NCBI GenBank assembly: GCA_903851045.1
Contig: CAINNF010000010.1
Span: 1,258-65,257, forward strand
Direction: 5' to 3'
From: Candidatus Adlerbacteria bacterium
GTDB lineage: Bacteria > Patescibacteriota > Minisyncoccia > Phycocordibacterales > SBAW01
Length of the DNA stretch: 64,000 nucleotides
Made by a program: the position numbers and the translations under genes. The notes under the pieces were generated by a model. The model saw nothing but the letters and a program-made list of their open reading frames with translations. It was not told the DNA's origin and made no database searches. Positions 40,418 to 50,266 of the stretch are shown here, piece after piece (positions within the stretch are counted from its first letter, which is position 1; every line of letters starts with the position of its first letter).

Positions 40418-40966
40418 ATGGTTGACTCAGAAGACAATGTTTTGGATACGGAGTTCGAGAGTGAGGAGGAGGTAGAGGGTGGGGCGGCAGCTGTGCAGAA
40501 GTTGCGGGAAAAATTAAAGAAGGCGGTCGAGGAGAAGCAGGAATATTTGGAGGGCTGGCAGCGCTCACGGGCCGACTTCGCCAACTTCAAGCGCGAAGAG
40601 GCGTCGCTTCACTCTGACCGCGAGGAGCGCATCAAGGCGGAATTCGCCGAAGCCGTCATCCCCACGCTCGACTCGTTCGAGATGGCGCTCGGGAGTAAGT
40701 CCTTTAAGGAGGGCTCGGCAGAGTGGCAGAAGGGGATCAGCTCGCTCTATCAGGGTCTCATCAATTCGCTCTCGCAGGTCGGCATCAAACAGTTCGTCCC
40801 CAAGGGCGAGAAGTTCGACCCGTACAAACACGAAGCTTTACGCGAGGTAAGCACTGACGACGAGTCGCTCGACCACACTATTGAAACTGTCGAGCGCTCC
40901 GGCTATAGTATTGGCGATAGGATCATCCGGCCCGCACAGGTGTCGGTGTTCACACACAAAAAGTAA
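40418..40966 (+). CDS. grpE: Nucleotide exchange factor GrpE
   Basis: ADFANFKR, FDP..HEA and GY...IRPA.V motifs. Confidence 0.96.
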   Translation: MVDSEDNVLDTEFESEEEVEGGAAAVQKLREKLKKAVEEKQEYLEGWQRSRADFANFKREEASLHSDREERIKAEFAEAVIPTLDSFEMALGSKSFKEGSAEWQKGISSLYQGLINSLSQVGIKQFVPKGEKFDPYKHEALREVSTDDESLDHTIETVERSGYSIGDRIIRPAQVSVFTHKK

Positions 40967-40997
40967 TAATTATTTTATTCACTAAAGATAAAAAACT

Positions 40998-42932
40998 ATG
41001 GGAAAAATTCTTGGTATAGACTTGGGCACGACGAACTCAGCGGTCGCGGTCATGCGCGCGGGCGAGCCACAGATCATCGAGAACGCCGAGGGCGCGCGCA
41101 CGACCCCGTCGGTCGTCGCAACTTCCAAGACCGGCGAGCGGCTCGTCGGCCTCATCGCGCGTCGCCAGGCGGTCACGAACCCGAAGAACACGGTCTACCA
41201 GATCAAGCGCTTCATCGGCCACAACTTTGACGAGCCGCTGGTGCAGAAGGACAAGGCTGCCGTGCCCTACGAGATGCGCAAGTCCCAGAACGGCGGCATC
41301 GAGGTCGCAATGGGTAGTTCTTCGACAGGCTCAGGACAGGCCTGGTATCGACCGGAAGAGATCTCGGCGATGATACTTCAAAAGTTGAAGGCAGATGCAG
41401 AGAAGCGTCTCGGCGAGACCATCACCGAAGCGGTCATCACCGTACCCGCATATTTTAATGACGCGCAGCGCGCTGCCACCCGCGACGCGGGCAAGATAGC
41501 GGGGCTCGACGTCAAGCGTATTATCAACGAGCCGACCGCAGCCGCACTCGCGTACGGATTCAACAAAAAGAAGGACGAGAAAGTGGTCGTCTTCGACTTC
41601 GGCGGTGGTACCTTCGACATTTCGGTGCTCGAAGTGACCATGGGTACCGAGGGCGAAGGCTCGATTGAAGTTCGCTCGACCGACGGCGACGCACACCTGG
41701 GCGGCAAGGACCTCGACCAAAAGATCATCGACTACTTGGCGACCGAATTCCAAAAGGAGAGCGGCATCGATGTGCGCAACGACCCGCTCGCCCGCCAGCG
41801 ACTGGACGAAGCAGCCGAAAAGGCGAAGATCGAGCTCTCGACCGCGGTCGAGACCGAGGTCAACATCCCGTTCATCACCTCCGACTCCTCGGGCCCCCGT
41901 CACTTGCTCATCAAGCTCTCGCGCGCGAAGCTCGAAGAGATCTCGGCAGAGTTCATCGACCGCGCTATCTCTATCACGAAGCGTGCGATGGAAGCGTCAC
42001 CGTTCAAGATCACTGACATCAACGAAGTGATCCTCGTCGGCGGCCAGACCCGCATGCCTGCGCTCCAAGCGGCAGTGGAGAAGTATTTCGGCAAGAAGCC
42101 GAACATGAGCGTGAACCCAGACGAGGTCGTCGCCATCGGCGCGGCTATCCAGGGTGGTATCCTCGGCGGCGAAGTGCGCGACGTGCTCTTGCTCGATGTT
42201 ATCCCGCTCTCGCTTGGCATCGAGACCATGGGCGGCGTCGCGACCAAGCTGATCGAGCGCAACACGACCATTCCGACCAGTCGCTCGCAGATCTTCTCGA
42301 CCGCAGCGGACAACCAAACGTCGGTCGAGATCCACATCACCCAGGGCGAGCGCGCGATGTCCGCGGACAACAAGTCGCTCGGTCGCTTCGTGCTCGACGG
42401 CATCCCGCCTGCACCTCGTGGCCTCCCACAGGTCGAGGTGACCTTCGACGTCGATGCGAACGGCATTCTCTCCGTCAAAGCGAAGGAAAAGACGACTGGC
42501 AAGGAGCAGTCGATCCGCATCGAAGCATCCTCAGGACTCTCCGACGCCGACATCGAGAAGATGCGCAAGGAGGCCGAAGCTAACGCCGACGCCGACAAGG
42601 CGAAGGTCGAGCTCGCAAGCACCCGCAACGAAGCCGAGCAGCTCGTCTACACTGCACGAAAGTCACTTACCGACAACAAAGGTAAGATCCCAGCAGAGCT
42701 CGAGACCAGTATCAACGAAAAAATTACCACGCTTGAGACGAAGAAAGGCGCGGAGAACGTCGCTGACATCAAGACCGCGACCGAAGATCTCTCCCGAGAG
42801 CTCACCAAGGTCTACGAGGCGATACAGAAAGCCTCTGCATCTGAAGCACCGAAAACTAACGGAGCTGATTCCGCAAACTCCTCGGAGCAAGATACGCAGA
42901 CTCCTCCACCAGGCGACGCTGCGCAGCAGTAA
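40998..42932 (+). CDS. dnaK: Chaperone DnaK
   Basis: [17 protein letters not shown] and DFGGGTFD motifs. Confidence 0.99.
   Translation: MGKILGIDLGTTNSAVAVMRAGEPQIIENAEGARTTPSVVATSKTGERLVGLIARRQAVTNPKNTVYQIKRFIGHNFDEPLVQKDKAAVPYEMRKSQNGGIEVAMGSSSTGSGQAWYRPEEISAMILQKLKADAEKRLGETITEAVITVPAYFNDAQRAATRDAGKIAGLDVKRIINEPTAAALAYGFNKKKDEKVVVFDFGGGTFDISVLEVTMGTEGEGSIEVRSTDGDAHLGGKDLDQKIIDYLATEFQKESGIDVRNDPLARQRLDEAAEKAKIELSTAVETEVNIPFITSDSSGPRHLLIKLSRAKLEEISAEFIDRAISITKRAMEASPFKITDINEVILVGGQTRMPALQAAVEKYFGKKPNMSVNPDEVVAIGAAIQGGILGGEVRDVLLLDVIPLSLGIETMGGVATKLIERNTTIPTSRSQIFSTAADNQTSVEIHITQGERAMSADNKSLGRFVLDGIPPAPRGLPQVEVTFDVDANGILSVKAKEKTTGKEQSIRIEASSGLSDADIEKMRKEAEANADADKAKVELASTRNEAEQLVYTARKSLTDNKGKIPAELETSINEKITTLETKKGAENVADIKTATEDLSRELTKVYEAIQKASASEAPKTNGADSANSSEQDTQTPPPGDAAQQ
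41317..41337. repeat. 21-bp REP-like element in-frame in dnaK
   Basis: GTTCT-TCGACAGGCTC-AGGAC, encoding part of SSSTGSGQ. Confidence 0.7.
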
Positions 42933-43009
42933 CACCGCTTACCATATCCGACATGAAGCAAACCTTTCTGTGCTGTCAGGAAGGTTCGCTCGTGGTACAG
43001 TAAAATTTC

Positions 43010-44833
43010 ATGCAAAAGCCTCGAACCAAAGCGGTCGGCATATCTGCCGTGCTCCATACATATTGGCAGTATCTCAGGCAACGTCCGTGGACGCTTGGGC
43101 TGATCTTCGGGAGCAGCCTTGTCTTGCAGATAACCAACCTCGTGGCACCGCTGTACATGCGGACGCTCTTTAACCTGCTCGCTGGAGGAACGCCCGACAC
43201 CATCCCCCTGTCGGTCTTGCTGCATCTACTCGTTCTCATCTCCGTCGTGTGGATAATCGACTGGATGGCGGTACGAAGCCAAACATTCACTACCGCGGCG
43301 ATGGAGGCACGGATCATGACCGAACTGCAGACGGATGCCTTTGCCTATCTGCTTGAGCACTCACATACCTTCTTCATTTCGAACTTTTCCGGCTCACTGA
43401 CACACAAGGTCAAACAGTTCGCACGGTCGTTCGAGGGACTATTCGACGCGATCTCGTTCCAATTCCTGCCGACCTGTATGTTCATGCTGGGTGCCATCGG
43501 TATCCTCTTTGTGCGTAATTATATCCTTGGCCTTTTGCTCGCCGTATGGACCGTCTTATTCGTCAGCTTTCAAATATGGATAGCGAAAAGTCGGCAACCG
43601 ACCCGTATCATGAAGGCTGCCACGGACACACGGGTCACCGGCACGCTCGCGGATGCGATATCGAACCAGTCCGCGATAGCGCTCTTCGCGGCTCATACGT
43701 ACGAACTCGCACGCTTCAAGGTCACGATACGCGAGTGGCATGACGCGACTCGAAAGTTGTGGAAGATGGAGGACTGGACATGGGCATGGCTTGGGCTCTT
43801 CATGCTCGTCATACAGATCGCGATGTTGTACGGAACACTTGTGCTGTGGAAGCAAGGTTCGCTCACCATCGGCGACTTCGTGCTAGTACAATCCTATCTG
43901 CTGACCGCGTTCAACCGACTTTTTGGCGTTAATCGTGACCTGCGTGGATTCTATGGTGCGATCGCCGACGCGAGCGAGATGATCGAGATCCTACGAACGC
44001 CGCATGAGATAATCGACGCGTCCAAGGCACGACCGCTCCATGTCACAAAAGGCGATGTAACGTTCGTCGACACGAGCTTCGCGTTCACTCCAACGAAACC
44101 GATCTTGCAGCACCTGACACTGTCCATCCCCGGTGGGCAACGAGTGGCGCTGGTGGGACCCTCGGGTGCGGGCAAGTCGACCATCACAAGGCTTTTGTTG
44201 CGTATGTTCGACGTCAAAGGTGGCTCGATCGAGATAGACGGACAAAATATCGCTGCGGTCACACAAGATAGTTTGCGCGAAGCGATCGCTTTTGTACCGC
44301 AAGAACCAGTACTCTTCCACCGAAGCCTCATGGACAATATCCGCTACGGCCGACGCGACGCGACCGATGAGGAGGTGCTCGAGGCTGCGAAACAAGCGCA
44401 TTGTCACGAGTTCATCTCTGGTCTCGCAGAGGGGTATGAGACGTTCGTCGGTGAACGTGGCGTTAAGCTTTCAGGCGGTGAACGGCAACGCGTCGCCATC
44501 GCTCGTGCGCTGCTGAAGAACGCACCGATCCTCATACTTGATGAGGCGACATCCAGCCTCGACTCCGAGTCTGAACACCTCATCCAAGACGCGCTCGCGA
44601 TCTTGATGCAGCACAAAACAGTACTTGTAATAGCCCACCGCCTCTCGACCATCATGAAGATGGACCGGATCATCGTGCTTGAAGGAGGCTCGGTGGTCGC
44701 CGACGGCACACACGACGAGCTGCTGGCGCAGGGCGGCCTTTACCAAAAACTCTGGAGCATCCAAGCGGGCGGATTCATCCCCGACGAAGATGCGGAAACG
44801 AACGAGGAAGACATGGTAGGCGATCGAGAATAA
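43010..44833 (+). CDS. ABC exporter (fused permease/ATPase)
   Basis: TM domain; GPSGAGKS, LSGGERQR and ILDEATS motifs. Confidence 0.95.
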   Translation: MQKPRTKAVGISAVLHTYWQYLRQRPWTLGLIFGSSLVLQITNLVAPLYMRTLFNLLAGGTPDTIPLSVLLHLLVLISVVWIIDWMAVRSQTFTTAAMEARIMTELQTDAFAYLLEHSHTFFISNFSGSLTHKVKQFARSFEGLFDAISFQFLPTCMFMLGAIGILFVRNYILGLLLAVWTVLFVSFQIWIAKSRQPTRIMKAATDTRVTGTLADAISNQSAIALFAAHTYELARFKVTIREWHDATRKLWKMEDWTWAWLGLFMLVIQIAMLYGTLVLWKQGSLTIGDFVLVQSYLLTAFNRLFGVNRDLRGFYGAIADASEMIEILRTPHEIIDASKARPLHVTKGDVTFVDTSFAFTPTKPILQHLTLSIPGGQRVALVGPSGAGKSTITRLLLRMFDVKGGSIEIDGQNIAAVTQDSLREAIAFVPQEPVLFHRSLMDNIRYGRRDATDEEVLEAAKQAHCHEFISGLAEGYETFVGERGVKLSGGERQRVAIARALLKNAPILILDEATSSLDSESEHLIQDALAILMQHKTVLVIAHRLSTIMKMDRIIVLEGGSVVADGTHDELLAQGGLYQKLWSIQAGGFIPDEDAETNEEDMVGDRE

Positions 44834-44882
44834 AAAGAGACTTCTTGCATAGCGTCACTTCTCTGGTAGAATATGGTCGACT

Positions 44883-45974
44883 ATGTCTAACAAAAAAGAT
44901 TACTACGAAGTGCTTGGTATCACGAAGAGCGCCTCGAAGGAAGAGATAAAGAAAGCTTTTCATAAACTAGCGCACAAGCTACATCCCGACAAAGCGACCG
45001 GCGATGTCGAGAAGTTCAAAGAGGTCTCCGAGGCATACTCCATCCTCTCCGACGACAAGAAGCGCGCCGAGTACGACTCCTACGGTCGCGTCTTTAGCGA
45101 CGGTGCAGGTCCTGGTCCGGGAGCTGGCTTCGGTGGTGGTGCGGCAGGGTTCGACTTCTCACAGTTCCAAGATGCCTTCCAGAACGGATTCGGATTCGAC
45201 TTTGGCGATGTGTTCACCGATTTCTTCGGCAATCAGGGTCCTGGGCGGTCGCGTCGTGGGCGCGACATCTCCATCGATCTCGAACTCACGTTCGCCGAGT
45301 CGGTCTTTGGTGTACGACGCAAGGTGCTCCTCGCCAAGTCGGCAGTATGCGAAACGTGCAAAGGTAGCGGTGCCGAACCAAAGACCGAACTCATCACCTG
45401 CACCCACTGCAATGGTACCGGCAAGCTCCACGAGACCACCAACTCGTTCTTCGGCACTATTAGCATGGAGAGTCCGTGCCGCACCTGCCACGCGACCGGC
45501 AAGATCCCGAAAGAGAAGTGCCACACCTGCCGCGGCGAGGGCGTGTATCGCAAACAAGAGGAGATAGAGATAGCGGTACCCTCAGGTATCGACGGTGGCG
45601 AGATGATACGACTCACCGGAGCGGGCGAAGCGGTCGCAGGCGGTACTTCGGGCGATTTGTATGTAAAGATCCATGTGCGCCCCGACCCGCGGTTCAAGAA
45701 GGATGGCACCAACATCGTCACCGAACTCAACATTAAACTGACCGACGCGCTCCTCGGCGCACAGTACACCATCCCGACGCTCGACGGCGACGACACGGTG
45801 ACTATCCCCCAAGGAGTGACCCATGGCGAACTCCTCAAGATCGTCGGCAAAGGCATCCCGAACCCCCGTGGCAAAAGAGGCGACTTCTATGTCCGCATTA
45901 AGATCACCCTGCCACACAAACTCTCCCGCACCGCCAAAGGCCTGGTCGAGAAACTCAAAGAGGAGGGGATATAA
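44883..45974 (+). CDS. dnaJ: Chaperone DnaJ
   Basis: HPD motif, G/F region and four CxxCxGxG-type repeats. Confidence 0.98.
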   Translation: MSNKKDYYEVLGITKSASKEEIKKAFHKLAHKLHPDKATGDVEKFKEVSEAYSILSDDKKRAEYDSYGRVFSDGAGPGPGAGFGGGAAGFDFSQFQDAFQNGFGFDFGDVFTDFFGNQGPGRSRRGRDISIDLELTFAESVFGVRRKVLLAKSAVCETCKGSGAEPKTELITCTHCNGTGKLHETTNSFFGTISMESPCRTCHATGKIPKEKCHTCRGEGVYRKQEEIEIAVPSGIDGGEMIRLTGAGEAVAGGTSGDLYVKIHVRPDPRFKKDGTNIVTELNIKLTDALLGAQYTIPTLDGDDTVTIPQGVTHGELLKIVGKGIPNPRGKRGDFYVRIKITLPHKLSRTAKGLVEKLKEEGI

Positions 45975-46004
45975 AGAGCAGTATTGTGGTATACTATCAA
46001 CATT

Positions 46005-46193
46005 ATGGCAATAGTCACCGCACAAAAGCAAAAAACACTTGAGCAAAAATACTTGGTACCCAAAAAGGAATACGACCTTTTTCAGCAATGGCAAAAGGAA
46101 GTAAAGGACGCACTCAAGAAAGTCCAACATGGACGAAAAGAGTATAAAAGCGACCGAACGACCATCGCACCATCTCCACGAGTCTTTCGATAG
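46005..46193 (+). CDS. Putative antitoxin
   Basis: 62 aa; VPKKEY...AL......EYK; immediately upstream of a RelE-like toxin. Confidence 0.65.
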   Translation: MAIVTAQKQKTLEQKYLVPKKEYDLFQQWQKEVKDALKKVQHGRKEYKSDRTTIAPSPRVFR

Positions 46194-46195
46194 GT

Positions 46196-46465
46196 ATGCA
46201 AAAGCGACCGCTGACAATCCACTATTCCTCAGAATTTCAGCGAGCATACAAAAAGTTACCCGAGGCAGTACAAAATATGGTCGACCGAAAGGATCGATTG
46301 TTCAGAGTTGACCCAATGCATCCTGGACTACACACCCACAAACTCCACGGCCCGCTCGCGGGACTATGGTCGTTTTACATAAACAGGGACTATCGTGTCT
46401 TGTTTGAGTTCATAAAAAATGGAGCATTGTTCCACGATGTGGGCACACACGATATTTATAAATAA
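46196..46465 (+). CDS. RelE/YafQ-family mRNA interferase
   Basis: F...YKKLP, LHTHKL.G.L...WSF.IN.DYR and DVGTHDIY motifs. Confidence 0.9.
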   Translation: MQKRPLTIHYSSEFQRAYKKLPEAVQNMVDRKDRLFRVDPMHPGLHTHKLHGPLAGLWSFYINRDYRVLFEFIKNGALFHDVGTHDIYK

Positions 46466-46548
46466 ACTCAAAGAGGAGGAATATAAAGATTAAACGCGCA
46501 CCATCTCTGGTGCGCGTTCGTTGTAGCCGGCGCGATTTCTCATCGTTA

Positions 46549-46833
46549 TTAGTCCTCGTTGACGAGGTCGTCTGCCTCGGCCATGAAGCGTTCGTGGTCG
46601 TCAACCTCTTCTTGGCCTTTTTCGGCATCTTCGCGGAGAGCTCGAAGATCCCCTGCATTCAATCCGAGACTCTCAAGAGGAACGCCCAGCCCTTCTGCAC
46701 GTACTACCACCTCGCGAGCATGGTAGTACATCTCGCTGGTTACCCTTGGATTGGCGACAAGACGCGCTTTCATGGCCTTCCACCACTGCAGCGGCTCCTG
46801 GAGAAGCTCTGCCGTCGTTTGCGGTTCGGTCAT
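46549..46833 (-). CDS. Hypothetical acidic protein
   Basis: GAGGAGG SD and TTGACA promoter at 46914-46919 (minus). Confidence 0.7.
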   Translation of the reverse strand: MTEPQTTAELLQEPLQWWKAMKARLVANPRVTSEMYYHAREVVVRAEGLGVPLESLGLNAGDLRALREDAEKGQEEVDDHERFMAEADDLVNED

Positions 46834-47006
46834 CTCTTTGGCCCTCCTCGGCCATATTTTTGGGCAAAAACGCCCGTTCGACTAAGTATAATATAGCATA
46901 TTAATAGTAGATATGTCAAGTTCACGCAACAAGGCAGGATAAGGAATTTTTTGGTATACCATTTTAGCCGTGACAATGACAGCTGCAAAAAAGCAGGGAA
47001 CGTCTG

Positions 47007-47042
47007 AGAAAAGAAAAAGGCTACACTGTTGCTCGTGCAGCC
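47007..47042 (-). terminator. Intrinsic terminator of the candidate ncRNA
   Basis: GGCTGCAC-8 nt-GTGTAGCC followed by TTTTTCTTTTCT. Confidence 0.7.
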
Positions 47043-47272
47043 TGCCGAAAACGAAAGTCTGGTTGTCGGTGCCCTCCGTTTTCGTCGCCATAATACCGAC
47101 ACACAACGACAACACCATCGTGTGATGTTGCTCCCGCACAGGATATCTCTCCTACACAGCAACGTGTAGCACCTACTCCTGGCAGTTGACTGTCCCCTGA
47201 CCGATCGCTGAACGGTGACATACACGTCGGGGGCGTAAGCCCGGAAGGCATACCGCTGGACAGTCCTAACCA
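47007..47272 (-). ncRNA. Candidate structured ncRNA of about 265 nt
   Basis: Consensus promoter upstream, terminator downstream, multiple hairpins and an H-type pseudoknot, no credible ORF. Confidence 0.6.
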
Positions 47273-47278
47273 AATAAA

Positions 47279-47307
47279 ACCATATACAGCAAATGATTAA
47301 TTGTCAA
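47279..47307 (-). promoter_or_regulatory. Sigma70 promoter of the candidate ncRNA
   Basis: TTGACA-17 nt-TATGGT. Confidence 0.65.
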
Positions 47308-47345
47308 GAGTCTCCTGGGACTTTTTTTCTGCTACACTAAGCGGT

Positions 47346-48290
47346 ATGGCGAACAAAAAGCGGCTTTTTAGTGGTGTGCAGTCTTCGGGGACGTTGCATA
47401 TTGGGAACTACTTTGGCGCTCTGCGCCAGTGGAAGGATATGCAGGAGGAGTTCGACTGCGTCTTTAGCATCGTCGACTACCACGCGCTGACCTCGGTCAA
47501 GGACCCGGCGACACTGCACACCAACACCCTCAACGCCTTTAAGGATATCCTTGCGCTGGGCATTGACCCCGCGAAGTCCATCGTCTTTCAACAGTCCCAA
47601 GTTCAAGAACATCCCGAGCTCGCCTGGATCTTGGAGTGCGTCGTACCAGTCGCCATGCTCGAGCTCGGGCACGCCTACAAGGACAAGGTCGCCAAAGGAC
47701 TCGACGCCAACGCAGGGCTTTTTAACTACCCACTCCTGATGGCAGCGGACATCCTCCTCTACGACACCGACGTGGTGCCGGTGGGCGAAGACCAGCGTCA
47801 GCACATCGAGTACACGCGCGAGGCGGCGGCGAAGTTCAATCTCGCCTATGGCCCGACCTTTAAGGAGCCGCAGGAGCGCATCATGAAGGAGGTCGCGATA
47901 GTCCCCGGCACCGACGGCAAGAAGATGAGCAAGAGCTATGGCAACACCATCCCATTGTTCGGTACGAAGGAAGAGATTGCGAAGGCGGTGATGAGTATCG
48001 TCACCGACTCTTCGGGCGACCGACCCGAGAACGTCTACGCGATCCACAAACTACTCCACCCCGAAGAGCGCCTTGCACAGCTGTATGAATCCAATAAGGG
48101 AAAGTATAAGGTGCTCAAGGAGGCGCTCATCGAAGACATCGACGCATTTGTGGCGCCCATGCGCGAGAAGCGAAGCAGCATCACCGACGCGGACGTCGTG
48201 AGGGTCGCGAAGGAGGGGAGTGATAGAGCACGAGCGATCGCCTCGGCAAAGATGCAAGAGGTGCGCAAAAAGGTGGGCGCCACGTTGTAA
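47346..48290 (+). CDS. trpS: Tryptophan--tRNA ligase
   Basis: HIGNY, YPLLMAADIL and KMSKS motifs. Confidence 0.98.
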   Translation: MANKKRLFSGVQSSGTLHIGNYFGALRQWKDMQEEFDCVFSIVDYHALTSVKDPATLHTNTLNAFKDILALGIDPAKSIVFQQSQVQEHPELAWILECVVPVAMLELGHAYKDKVAKGLDANAGLFNYPLLMAADILLYDTDVVPVGEDQRQHIEYTREAAAKFNLAYGPTFKEPQERIMKEVAIVPGTDGKKMSKSYGNTIPLFGTKEEIAKAVMSIVTDSSGDRPENVYAIHKLLHPEERLAQLYESNKGKYKVLKEALIEDIDAFVAPMREKRSSITDADVVRVAKEGSDRARAIASAKMQEVRKKVGATL

Positions 48291-48324
48291 CAAAAAACTA
48301 TTTTATAAAAAACAAAGCACGAGT

Positions 48325-49677
48325 ATGGAACGAACACTTATCGGGGAACTAGGCAGTAAAGTTGGAGAAGCGGTGCTCATCAAAGGGTGGGTCTCTGTTC
48401 GGCGCGACCAGGGCAAGATGGTCTTCTTCGACTTCCGCGACCGCTCCGGTTCGGTGCAGGGAGTGGTGTTGCCAAGCTCGGCCGCTATTGAAACAGCAAA
48501 AGAGATACGCAGCGAATACGTCGTCGCGGTCGAAGGTAAAGTCAACGCGCGCCCCGAGAAGAATCGCAACGCGAAAGTCCAAAACGGCGATATCGAGCTG
48601 GAGGTGACCGCGCTCACCATCCTCGCCAAGGCTGAGCCGCTCCCGTTCGACATGTCGGCAAGCGGCTACAACCTCGACCTCACCGCCGAGCTCGACCATC
48701 GCGCGCTCACGCTGCGCCACCCACGACTTCAGGCGATATTCAAGGTACAGGCGACCATCATCGACTCCTTCCGCGAGTACATGAAGTCGCAGGACTTCTT
48801 CGAGTTCCAGGCACCAGCCATTACGCCCGCGAGCGCCGAAGGTGGAGCCGAGGTCTTCGAGGTCGAATACTTCGACAAGAAGGCGTACCTCACCCAGTCG
48901 CCGCAGTTGTACAAACAGATCGTCATGACCGCGTTCGAGCGCGTCTTTTCGGTCAACAAGGTCTTTCGTGCCGAGCCAAGCTCGACCACCCGTCACATCA
49001 CGGAGTTCGTCTCGCTCGACGCAGAGATGGGGTTCATCGACTCGTGGCGCGATGTGCGCGACATGTCCGAGAACGTCGTCCGCCATATCCTGCAGGAACT
49101 GAAGGACCACCGCAGCAAGGAGCTCGAGTTCCTCGGCGCGACACTGCCGACCATGCTCGACACCACACCGACACTCTCGCTCACCGAGGCACAAGAAAAG
49201 ATCTTCGCGAAGACCGGACGAAACGTCGTGGGCGAAAAAGATCTAAGCTCTCAGGACGAACAGGACATCTGCGATATCCTCAAAGAGGAGACCGGCTCGG
49301 ACTTCGTCTATGTGTACGGCTATCCGACACGACAGAAACCTTTTTATGTGTACCCCAACCCCACACACCCCGAGTTCAACGAGGGCGTCGATCTCCTGTG
49401 CCGCGGGCGCGAATGGCTTTCGGGGGGCAGGCGTATCAACGACTACGCGCAACTGATGCAGCATGTCGAGCAGTGGGGGATGGACCCGGCAAAGATCGAG
49501 ATGTTCCTCGAAGCCTTTCGCTACGGCGCACCACCCGAAGGCGGTTTTGCGTTCGGTGCCGAGCGCATGACGATGCAGATCTTGGAGCTCAAAAACATCC
49601 GCGAAGCGACCCTCTTCCCCCGCGACATGAACCGCATCGACGGCCTACTTTCATCTCCAGAGACAAAGAAGGAGTAG
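48325..49677 (+). CDS. aspS: Aspartate--tRNA ligase, archaeal/non-discriminating type
   Basis: QSPQLYKQ, FRAE and LSGG.R motifs; 450 aa with no GAD domain. Confidence 0.9.
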   Translation: MERTLIGELGSKVGEAVLIKGWVSVRRDQGKMVFFDFRDRSGSVQGVVLPSSAAIETAKEIRSEYVVAVEGKVNARPEKNRNAKVQNGDIELEVTALTILAKAEPLPFDMSASGYNLDLTAELDHRALTLRHPRLQAIFKVQATIIDSFREYMKSQDFFEFQAPAITPASAEGGAEVFEVEYFDKKAYLTQSPQLYKQIVMTAFERVFSVNKVFRAEPSSTTRHITEFVSLDAEMGFIDSWRDVRDMSENVVRHILQELKDHRSKELEFLGATLPTMLDTTPTLSLTEAQEKIFAKTGRNVVGEKDLSSQDEQDICDILKEETGSDFVYVYGYPTRQKPFYVYPNPTHPEFNEGVDLLCRGREWLSGGRRINDYAQLMQHVEQWGMDPAKIEMFLEAFRYGAPPEGGFAFGAERMTMQILELKNIREATLFPRDMNRIDGLLSSPETKKE

Positions 49678-49698
49678 CTCGAAAAAATATGTATACAA

Positions 49699-49728
49699 AA
49701 AACGCGGCTCGGGGTCGAGCCGCGTTTT
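49699..49728. terminator. Bidirectional terminator
   Basis: AAAACGCGGCTCG-GGGT-CGAGCCGCGTTTT. Confidence 0.85.
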
Positions 49729-49731
49729 GGG

Positions 49732-50142
49732 TTATGGTGGGGCCTGCACGGATTCGCGCATCATGTCGAATACTTTTTCGATCTCGATACGCAGCAGACT
49801 CTCGTCATCGGAATCGACGACGCAGAGCTGCACCCCTGCAGTGACAGCATCATTCTCTTGGATGTCCGTCACGATCAAGATGACGCGGACCTGCACTAAA
49901 GCGGATTCGCTTTGGATCGTCTCCAACAGCTGGAACCCGCTCATGTGGTGCATACCCCAGTCGCAGATGACCAGGTCGAAGTCGCCCTTCCGCAACATCT
50001 TCAGCGCCTTCGTTGCCGTGTCCGTCGAGTCGAATTGGCCGGGCATATACCCCATTCGCCTCAAGATATCGCACATTTGCCGCCTATCGTCTCGGGACTC
50101 CCGAACGACCAAGATACGGGTCGCAGAACCGTCGGTCGTCAT
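49732..50142 (-). CDS. Stand-alone CheY-like receiver domain protein (atypical)
   Basis: FDLVICDW.M..MSG.QLL; TTGACA-17-TATTAT promoter near 50200-50228. Confidence 0.8.
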   Translation of the reverse strand: MTTDGSATRILVVRESRDDRRQMCDILRRMGYMPGQFDSTDTATKALKMLRKGDFDLVICDWGMHHMSGFQLLETIQSESALVQVRVILIVTDIQENDAVTAGVQLCVVDSDDESLLRIEIEKVFDMMRESVQAPP

Positions 50143-50266
50143 AACCGCTCTTCCTTCCAGTTTTTATACCCCTGGTGGATATGGAGTACTCTGAGTTTTA
50201 TAATACAAACGAAATTATTAGTTGTCAACATTTGCGCCCCCGCACATCACAGGTACAGTGAGAGGT

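Noticed and set aside
47007-47272. tmRNA, RNase P RNA, SRP RNA, T-box or cobalamin riboswitch
   Set aside because: No tRNA-like ends, no GAGGAAAGTCC, no CAGG/AGCA SRP loop and no T-box sequence; partial matches (CCGGAAGG, GGAACGTCT, a GDEN peptide) lack the required context.
46830-47273. Protein-coding ORFs over the candidate ncRNA
   Set aside because: No SD or leaderless start and atypical composition; two of the three frames run through the terminator.
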